In this document: positions 26,026 to 32,000 of the stretch, one piece after another | Position numbering within the stretch: position 1 is the first letter of the stretch | How the letters are laid out: every line of letters starts with the position of its first letter | Assembly (NCBI RefSeq): GCF_050278525.1 | Contig: NZ_JBNNTG010000001.1 | Span: forward strand, 137,850 to 169,849 | DNA length: 32,000 nt | Reading direction: 5' to 3' | Origin: Peribacillus sp. NPDC096540 | Lineage (GTDB): Bacteria; Bacillota; Bacilli; Bacillales; DSM-1321 | Translations under genes and position numbers: made by a program | Notes under the pieces: model-generated | Told to the model about the DNA's origin: nothing | What the model saw: the letters and a program-made list of their open reading frames with translations, nothing else | The model's database searches: none

Positions 26026-27438
26026 TTGAAAAAAAATATTATTGCAATGAATGCTTCAATATTGATTGGGCTGGGGAGCATTTTAGCTGCTCCTTCGGCT
26101 TATGCTGAATCAATTTCAGATTTGCAACAAAAGAAAGAATCTATTCAGGAGAAACGCTCGGATGTTGAATCGAATATTTCCGATACTGTGAAAAAAATCG
26201 ATAACCTGCAGGATAAACAATTGACGGCAGAGGAACAAATTGCAGCCATTGAAGCGAAAATTGCAGAATCGACAAAAAAAATCGATGCTAAAAATGCTGA
26301 AATTACACAAACGAAAAAAGAAATTGAAAAATTAAAAGAAGAGATTAAAGTATTAAAAGAACGGATTGCTAAACGTAATGAAGTTTTGAAGGAAAGGGCG
26401 CTTTCTTTCCAAGAGACTGGTGGGGACGTGAACTACCTAGAAGTGTTATTCGGATCATCAAGTTTCGGTGATTTAATTGACCGTGTCGGAGCTGTAGCGA
26501 CAATTGCTGAAGCCGATCGGGATATTTTAAAGCAACATGAGTTGGATAAAAAGGATCTAGAAGAAAAGCAGACAGCTGTTGAAAAGAAGCTTGCTAGTCT
26601 AGAAGTAGCCAAAGCCGAACTTTTAGAAATCCAAAAGCAACAAAAACAGCAGAAGCAAGAAAAGGCTGCTTTAGTTAAGAAATTAAAGCAACAAACCAAA
26701 AAACATGAAGATGAGAAAATGGGCTTAGAGGAAGAAAAAGCGAACCTTGCTGCTCAAGAAACGGCTATCAAATCGGCCATCAACTTAGAACGAAACCGTC
26801 TTGCTGAATTGGAAGCAGCTCGTAAAAAAGCAGCAGCCGAAGCCAAAAAGCGTGCAGAGCAAGCAGCGGCACAAGCAGTGGCACAAGCAGCATCTCAAGC
26901 AGCATCTCAAGCAGCTGAATCAAAAAAACAATCTTCTTCTTCCAGCTCTAGTGCAAATAGCAGCAGTTCATCACCATCTTCATCATCAGCACCATCGGCA
27001 CCATCTACGGCTAATGTAAGTCAAGTGCCAGCTGTTTCATCGGGTACTTTTACTAGACCAAGTGCAGGATATGTATCTTCAACAATGGGTGAACGTTGGA
27101 ATAAACAGCATGCAGGTATTGATATTGCTGCTAGTGGAACAGTTCCTGTTGTAGCAGCAGCAGATGGAGTTGTAAGCCGTTCTTACTTCTCTAGTACATA
27201 CGGTAATGTTATCTTTGTTACTCATTCAATCGGTGGTCAGCAATGGACAACGGTATATGCACATTTAAGCTCTAGACAAGCAAGTACTGGTTCTGTTGTT
27301 GCCAAAGGTCAACAAATTGGTATCATGGGGAACACAGGACATTCATTCGGTCAGCATTTACACTTTGAGCTACATAAAGGTGCATGGAATTATAGCAAGT
27401 CAAATGCAGTAAATCCATTAAACTACATACCTAATTAA
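26026..27438 (+). CDS. Secreted coiled-coil / M23 (LytM) peptidoglycan metalloendopeptidase
   Basis: TTG start and a signal peptide, then about 260 aa of heptad-rich coiled coil and an AQ/Ser-rich linker. The M23 domain has intact HAGIDIA ... and GHSFGQHLHFELH metal ligands. Confidence 0.85.
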   Translation: MKKNIIAMNASILIGLGSILAAPSAYAESISDLQQKKESIQEKRSDVESNISDTVKKIDNLQDKQLTAEEQIAAIEAKIAESTKKIDAKNAEITQTKKEIEKLKEEIKVLKERIAKRNEVLKERALSFQETGGDVNYLEVLFGSSSFGDLIDRVGAVATIAEADRDILKQHELDKKDLEEKQTAVEKKLASLEVAKAELLEIQKQQKQQKQEKAALVKKLKQQTKKHEDEKMGLEEEKANLAAQETAIKSAINLERNRLAELEAARKKAAAEAKKRAEQAAAQAVAQAASQAASQAAESKKQSSSSSSSANSSSSSPSSSSAPSAPSTANVSQVPAVSSGTFTRPSAGYVSSTMGERWNKQHAGIDIAASGTVPVVAAADGVVSRSYFSSTYGNVIFVTHSIGGQQWTTVYAHLSSRQASTGSVVAKGQQIGIMGNTGHSFGQHLHFELHKGAWNYSKSNAVNPLNYIPN

Positions 27439-27456
27439 TACCCAATATATCAATAG

Positions 27457-27492
27457 AAAAACAGACTAGGATAAAATTCTAGTCTGTTTTTT
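27457..27492 (+). terminator. Rho-independent terminator after the M23 gene
   Basis: AAAAACAGACTAG ... CTAGTCTGTTTTTT. Confidence 0.8.
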
Positions 27493-27578
27493 GTTGTGTT
27501 CACTTTTTTTCTACAAGCATATTTCCTCCTAGCTGCTCATATAGTGAAATACATATCAGGGCAGAAATGGGGATAAAT

Positions 27579-29003
27579 ATGGTCAAAAAATGGGTACTTC
27601 CTCTAGCGATCATTATGTCATTAATTATCGGGGCAGGGGGCGGCATATATTGGACAAGCTTCCCAGTTAAGAATGAGACAAAACAGGAAAACCAAATGGT
27701 AATAAAAGATAAGGAATGGGCAAAAGTGGAACAAGCTTATGGTTTGATCGTAAATCAGTATGTGGACAAGGTGGACGGTTCTCACCTGGTCGAAGGTGCC
27801 ATTCAAGGGATGCTGTCAGCATTGAAAGATCCATACTCCGTATATATGGACAAGGGAACCGCAAAGCAATTTAATGAAACGTTAGACTCCTCGTTTGAAG
27901 GGATCGGTACGGAAATCGGGATGGAAGATGGTAAGGTCATTATTGTGTCTCCTTATAAAGACTCCCCTGCTGAAAAAGCGGGGTTAAAGCCAAAGGACCA
28001 AATTCTTAAGGTGAATGGTGAAAATGTCGAAGGTTTGGATTTGTATGAGACACGCTTAAAAATCCGTGGTGAAAAAGGGTCAGCCGTCAAAATGGAAATA
28101 AAGCGTGCGGGGGTTTCAAATCCAATTGAATTCAATATGGTTCGTGATGAAATTCCACTTGATACTGTTTTTTCATCGATTAAAGAAGTGGCGGGAGAGC
28201 AAATCGGCTATATTGAGTTAACCACTTTCTCGGAAAATACCGCATCTGATTTTAAAAAGCAGATGAAGGAGCTAGAAAAGAAAGGGATTAAAGGATTGGT
28301 CATAGACGTACGCGGCAATCCAGGTGGCCTCCTATCGAGTGTGGAAACGATACTTGGAGAGTTTATCACAAAAGATAAACCATATTTACAAATTGCCGAA
28401 AGAACGGGAGAAACGCAATCCTTTTTTACAAACCTAAATAAAGAAAAGGATTATCCGATCGCTGTCTTGACGGATAAGGGAAGTGCTTCAGCCTCAGAAA
28501 TCTTAGCTGGTGCGATGCAGGAGGCGGGGGGCTACCCATTGATCGGTGAGAAGACCTTCGGCAAGGGCACGGTACAGCAGGCTGTACCAATGGGAGATGG
28601 CAGCAAGATTAAGCTTACGCTCTACAAGTGGCTGACGCCATCTGGGAACTGGATTCATAAAAAGGGGATTAAGCCGACAATTGAAGTAAAGCAGCCGGTT
28701 TACTTTGATGCCCATCAGCTGTCCGTTGAAAAGGTATTGCAGCGTGATATGAATGATGAACAAATTCAATATGCCCAAACAATTTTAAAAGGGCTTGGTT
28801 TTGAAACGGGACGTGAAGATGGCTATTATGACTGGAGTACAGAGATAGCAGTTAAAGCATTCCAAAAGCAGTATGGTTTGAAAGTGACAGGTAAACTGGA
28901 CACTAAAACCGCTGCACACCTAGAAACCGCAATTCTGGGGGAAATTCAGGATGAAGACAATGATATTCAGTTGCGCACGGCATTGAATTATGTGGTGAAG
29001 TAA
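27579..29003 (+). CDS. ctpB: Carboxy-terminal processing protease (S41, PDZ domain plus C-terminal PG-binding domain)
   Basis: Tail-specific protease core (GIG ... PDZ ... GLVIDVRGNPGG ... SASASEI ... GTVQ) and a PG_binding_1-like C-terminus. The ctpB symbol is assigned from synteny only. The start may instead be 27567. Confidence 0.8.
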   Translation: MVKKWVLPLAIIMSLIIGAGGGIYWTSFPVKNETKQENQMVIKDKEWAKVEQAYGLIVNQYVDKVDGSHLVEGAIQGMLSALKDPYSVYMDKGTAKQFNETLDSSFEGIGTEIGMEDGKVIIVSPYKDSPAEKAGLKPKDQILKVNGENVEGLDLYETRLKIRGEKGSAVKMEIKRAGVSNPIEFNMVRDEIPLDTVFSSIKEVAGEQIGYIELTTFSENTASDFKKQMKELEKKGIKGLVIDVRGNPGGLLSSVETILGEFITKDKPYLQIAERTGETQSFFTNLNKEKDYPIAVLTDKGSASASEILAGAMQEAGGYPLIGEKTFGKGTVQQAVPMGDGSKIKLTLYKWLTPSGNWIHKKGIKPTIEVKQPVYFDAHQLSVEKVLQRDMNDEQIQYAQTILKGLGFETGREDGYYDWSTEIAVKAFQKQYGLKVTGKLDTKTAAHLETAILGEIQDEDNDIQLRTALNYVVK

Positions 29004-29008
29004 AGGAG

Positions 29009-29042
29009 AAGGCATCGCACATTTGTAGCGATGCCTTTTTGA
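29009..29042 (+). terminator. Rho-independent terminator after ctpB
   Basis: AAGGCATCGC-ACATTTGTA-GCGATGCCTT followed by TTT. Confidence 0.85.
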
Positions 29043-29219
29043 ATTGGTTCAATTTGAGGGCTGGATATTTTAAATACGATGAACAGAGAAAACTTAAGGA
29101 AACGCTATTTTTTCTTCATCTTAATAGGCAGGGAGCTGACATATTTGATAGAATAGTAGGTAACTGATTAGGAGAAATTATACATACAGTTGATTACTTG
29201 TAAGGATGGTGGGAAGAAA

Positions 29220-30413
29220 TTGACAACAGATTGGCTGAGTGCATGCTTACTAGGATTAGGAAAACTCTTTCTTCATCCATTGCTTTATGTTTCAATTGCA
29301 TATTGTTTATTCATAGGTTATCTTCGCGTTAAACGAGAACGCCATGACTTTAATACGAAGATTTACAGAAAATCCATGGAGCTGCGTGCTTTGTTTCCGC
29401 AAGGACTGATCTGGGGATTAATTCTTTCTTTCCTCACCTTGGCTTCTGGAATTGTCATTCCGCTGGCGGCGTTAATCATTGTGGCAGTGGTTACGATTAT
29501 AGCTGTGCTGACCGTGAACAGGAGATTTGTTTCACCCGTTTATACAATGGGAGTCACCTTCTTTATCCTTTTCTTTTTATACGATAGAGATATTCAACTG
29601 CCGATATTTCAGGATGCGTTTAATCAGTTGAATCAATCTGTCTATCCAACACTCGTTTTGTTGATTGGGTTTTTATTGATTGCTGAAGGCTTTCTGATTG
29701 TTAGTAATGGAAGTAAAAGGATATCCCCTCAGTTGGAGGTTTCCAAGCGGGGACAGCCAATAGGTGTGTATGTTTCTCAACGAATATGGCTAATTCCGAT
29801 GTTCGTTATGATTCCAGGAGGTGAACTTCCAGCGCCTTTCGAATGGTATCCGGTTTTTTCAATCGGTGAAGTGTATCTGTCACCGATTGTTGTGCCCTTT
29901 TTAATTGGGTTTAAGCAAAAAGTTCATGGAACGCTTCCGGAACAGGCTATTAGGGCCCAAGGTAAAAAGGTAGGAGCATTAGGGTTCGTGATTACAGCAT
30001 TTGCGGTTATTAGTAACTGGTACCCGCTATTGGCCATCATAACAGCTGTTTTAGCTCTTCTAGGACGAGAGTTTCTGCATTATTCACAAAAGGTTTCGGA
30101 CGCAAGGCTCCCTTTTTATTTTTCGAAAAGCAAGCTTGGTGTCCAGATTTTAGGCGTTATCCCTCAGTCCCCGGCGGATAAAATGGGGTTAGTTAAAGGC
30201 GAGATCATCTCGAAAATAAATGGTATCGTCGTCAGGGAAGAAGAAGAGTTATACAGGGCGCTGCAGGTAAATCGGGCTCACTGTAAGCTTGAGGTCATCG
30301 GTAATAATGAACAAATTCGTTTTGTGCAAAGAGCTTTATTTGACGGCGAGCATTATGAATTAGGCATTCTGTTTGTTGACGATCAATTGAAAGAGAGTGG
30401 GCAAGCAGGGTAA
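29220..30413 (+). CDS. minJ: MinJ-like polytopic membrane protein with C-terminal PDZ domain
   Basis: LFLHPLLY ... GYLRVKRERHDF resembles the MinJ N-terminus as recalled. Several TM segments and a C-terminal PDZ (GVQILGVIPQSPADKMGLVKGEIISKING) are present. The start is uncertain: TTG at 29220 behind GGTGGG, or TTG at 29190. Confidence 0.65.
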   Translation: MTTDWLSACLLGLGKLFLHPLLYVSIAYCLFIGYLRVKRERHDFNTKIYRKSMELRALFPQGLIWGLILSFLTLASGIVIPLAALIIVAVVTIIAVLTVNRRFVSPVYTMGVTFFILFFLYDRDIQLPIFQDAFNQLNQSVYPTLVLLIGFLLIAEGFLIVSNGSKRISPQLEVSKRGQPIGVYVSQRIWLIPMFVMIPGGELPAPFEWYPVFSIGEVYLSPIVVPFLIGFKQKVHGTLPEQAIRAQGKKVGALGFVITAFAVISNWYPLLAIITAVLALLGREFLHYSQKVSDARLPFYFSKSKLGVQILGVIPQSPADKMGLVKGEIISKINGIVVREEEELYRALQVNRAHCKLEVIGNNEQIRFVQRALFDGEHYELGILFVDDQLKESGQAG

Positions 30414-30423
30414 TTGCGATAAT

Positions 30424-30460
30424 CACGTGGAATAGTGTCTAATTCCACGTTAATAATTTT
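30424..30460 (+). terminator. Hairpin after minJ (weak terminator)
   Basis: ACGTGGAAT / ATTCCACGT is a 9-bp stem followed by TAATAATTTT. Confidence 0.5.
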
Positions 30461-30595
30461 GCGTGACGTATTATTTTTGTTGTTGATCGATATAGAGGAA
30501 AATAGTTGCCGATTTTGAATGGATCTTTGACCACATCACTACCTTTTACTTCAATGAAAGAGACAAAACTTCAATTGAAATGAATTTGAAAAAAT

Positions 30596-30634
30596 GAAAC
30601 GGCCTTTCTTGATTATCGAGAAAGGCCGTTTCTT
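30596..30634 (-). terminator. Rho-independent terminator of fhuD (minus strand)
   Basis: GAAACGGCCTTTCT / AGAAAGGCCGTTTC is a 14-bp stem. On the minus strand it is followed by ATTTTTTC. Confidence 0.8.
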
Positions 30635-30644
30635 AGTTTGAGTT

Positions 30645-31634
30645 TTACTTTTCAAGCATTATTTTTTCTAGATCATCTAGCATCTTGTTAGCTGCAATAA
30701 CACCGCCAGCTGTATTCCAAGTTGCGTCGCTGACCTCATAGGTATTTCCTTTTTTCACTGCATCTAGGTTTTTCCAAAGAGGATCATTTGTCCATTCTTT
30801 TGCTGTACTTAGGGCTTGTTTGTCACCTTCAGGTGCGTATGTGAAGTAGAAAAGAATATCTCCATCCATTTTAGGTATGACTTCTTTTCCTACCTCAATT
30901 GCAAGGTTACCAAGTTTATTATCTGCAGTAAACAGTTCTTTCTGCTGCTCTGCACGTTTAAATCCTAATTGATCGAAAATTACTCCAGAGAATGAATCTG
31001 TGTAGTAAATACGAGTTGTTCCAGCCATGAAACGAACAATAGATACTTCTTGATTTACCTTATCACCAAGTTTAGCTTTTAAGTCTTCAGTATGGGCATC
31101 AAATTGAGCAATTACATCGTTACCTTTTTCTTCAAGATTTAAAGCTTTTGCATATAATTTAAAGTTTTCTTTCCAATCTCCTCTAAGTGTTTCTGAAAAA
31201 ACAGTAGGAGCAATCGCACTTAATTTATCATATACAGCTTCCTGGCGTATTTTACTGCCGATAATTAAATCAGGTTTTAGTGCTGCAATTTTCTCTAAAT
31301 TTACTTCATGCTCAACACCAACAACTTCAACGCCATCCATATCTTCTTTAATATGATCGTACCAAGGGTCTCCAAGCCAAGATTGAACAGCACCAACTGG
31401 TTTAACTCCTAAAGCAAGTAATGCTTCTGTACCTTCATTTGTAAGAACGACCACTCTTTTAGGTTGTTTTTCTAATTTTGTGGTTCCCATTGCATGTTCA
31501 ATTGTATAGCTTTTCTCTTCTTTTTTGTCATCAACCTTATTTCCTTCAGCTTGATCATTTGAACTTCCGCAAGCTGCTAGAAGGAAGACTGCAAATAAAG
31601 TAATAATAGTAAAAAGTGATCTAATCTTAAACAT
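30645..31634 (-). CDS. fhuD: Iron(III)-hydroxamate/siderophore ABC substrate-binding lipoprotein
   Basis: ATG at 31634 lies 8 nt after AGGAGGGA. Lipobox LLAACGSS and a periplasmic-binding-protein type 2 pattern (RVVVLTNEGTEALLALGVKPVG) are present. It is divergent from a FhuB-like permease. The 15-codon upstream extension in the ORF track is rejected. Confidence 0.85.
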   Translation of the reverse strand: MFKIRSLFTIITLFAVFLLAACGSSNDQAEGNKVDDKKEEKSYTIEHAMGTTKLEKQPKRVVVLTNEGTEALLALGVKPVGAVQSWLGDPWYDHIKEDMDGVEVVGVEHEVNLEKIAALKPDLIIGSKIRQEAVYDKLSAIAPTVFSETLRGDWKENFKLYAKALNLEEKGNDVIAQFDAHTEDLKAKLGDKVNQEVSIVRFMAGTTRIYYTDSFSGVIFDQLGFKRAEQQKELFTADNKLGNLAIEVGKEVIPKMDGDILFYFTYAPEGDKQALSTAKEWTNDPLWKNLDAVKKGNTYEVSDATWNTAGGVIAANKMLDDLEKIMLEK

Positions 31635-31658
31635 CTTATGTATCCCTCCTAATTTAAA

Positions 31659-31677
31659 GCGAATGATAATCATTCGC
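31659..31677. promoter_or_regulatory. Fur box (perfect 9-1-9 palindrome)
   Basis: GCGAATGATAATCATTCGC matches 15/19 positions of the classical GATAATGATAATCATTATC. It lies 25 nt upstream of the fhuD start. Confidence 0.6.
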
Positions 31678-31727
31678 ACTTACCAGCATCATCATAAAAT
31701 GAATATACTTTTCTGTCAATATATAAT

Positions 31728-31750
31728 TGAAAATGATTCTCAAAATCATT
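31728..31750. promoter_or_regulatory. Second Fur-box-like element (7-1-7), facing fhuB
   Basis: TGAAAATGATTCTCA matches 12/14 positions of TGATAAT-N-ATTATCA and overlaps the inverted repeat AATGATT-N5-AATCATT. Confidence 0.55.
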
Positions 31751-31823
31751 GACATAGTCCCTTTACCGCCAGTACAATTAATTATCATAAGTATTACAAA
31801 AGTGATTGGGAAGGTAATTGGAT

Positions 31824-32000
31824 ATGTTATTAAAAAATACATGGCAGAAATGGATGGGGTTATTTATTACCATTGTTTTGCTGCTTTTTTTACTGTGCTC
31901 AAGCATTGTATACGGTTATACGAATACAACTTGGCAAATGGCCATTGACGCATTTACACATTTCAATGGATCAAATGAACATATTGTTATTCAATCTGTA
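31824..32000 (+). CDS. fhuB: Iron-siderophore ABC permease (FhuB-like), 3'-truncated by the window edge
   Basis: ATG lies 9 nt after GGGAAGG. MLLKNTWQKWMGLFITIVLLLFLLCSSIVYGYTNTTWQMAIDAFTHFNGSNEHIVIQSV is a typical FecCD-family N-terminus. It is in a different frame from the track ORF 31727..31948. Confidence 0.75.
   Translation, partial: MLLKNTWQKWMGLFITIVLLLFLLCSSIVYGYTNTTWQMAIDAFTHFNGSNEHIVIQSV

Noticed and set aside
26860-27010. Repetitive GCACAAGCAG / TCT-TCA-rich DNA as a tandem-repeat locus or contingency element
   Set aside because: It translates to an (AQA)n / poly-Ser low-complexity linker between the coiled coil and the M23 domain. This is typical of secreted cell-wall enzymes, it stays in frame, and it contains no homopolymer tract.
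100-31842. Numerous antisense or overlapping track ORFs of 60-130 aa (for example 183..374 -, 2961..3299 -, 8039..8341 -, 10365..10748 -, 14094..14399 -, 16244..16636 -, 24633..24974 -, 26433..26699 -)
   Set aside because: All are embedded opposite or out of frame within well-supported conserved genes. They lack RBSs and have low-complexity or unnatural composition, so they are shadow ORFs.
31727-31948. Track ORF 31727..31948 (+) as a gene
   Set aside because: It is in the wrong frame. The FhuB-like permease N-terminus with an RBS starts at 31824 in another frame.
1-32000. CRISPR arrays, tRNA/rRNA genes, intact IS elements or prophage genes
   Set aside because: Reading both strands showed no regularly spaced repeats, cloverleaf-like segments, rRNA-like conserved blocks, transposase or integrase ORFs, or terminal inverted repeats.

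Overview
This is a chromosomal window from a Bacillus-like Firmicute. Gene order matches the B. subtilis degSU - degV - comFA/FC - yvyF/flgM/flgN/flgK/flgL - yviE/fliW/csrA - hag - flaG/fliD/fliS/fliT - hpf - secA - prfB - yvjA - cccB - ftsEX - ctpB - minJ - fhuD/fhuB neighbourhood. Almost all genes are on the + strand and most of the window is ordinary, conserved housekeeping and flagellar DNA. The exception is 11.5-13.2 kb, between flagellin and flaG. (1) A compact, ORF-less group I intron starts at or near the last 45 nt of the flagellin ORF. It matches the four classical core elements P, Q, R and S closely, and P2-P9 helices can be drawn by hand. (2) Directly after the intron lies a second, diverged copy of the last 14 flagellin codons plus a stop, followed by the only strong terminator of the locus. 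Unspliced and spliced mRNA would therefore both encode a full-length flagellin, differing at two residues. (3) About 340 nt further on, on the opposite strand, is a decayed free-standing double-motif LAGLIDADG homing endonuclease gene with one in-frame stop and one frameshift. A second accessory island sits between hpf and secA. It holds a sinI-like gene and a sinR-like gene in convergent orientation, plus a dense cluster of SinR-type GTTCTYT operator motifs that includes a perfect inverted repeat. Other supported elements are SigD promoters, a CsrA hairpin in the hag leader, a SigB promoter for hpf, the prfB +1 frameshift site, Fur boxes in the fhuD/fhuB divergent region, and a coiled-coil M23 hydrolase next to ftsEX. 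All calls come from reading the sequence and recalling family consensus sequences; no searches were run.
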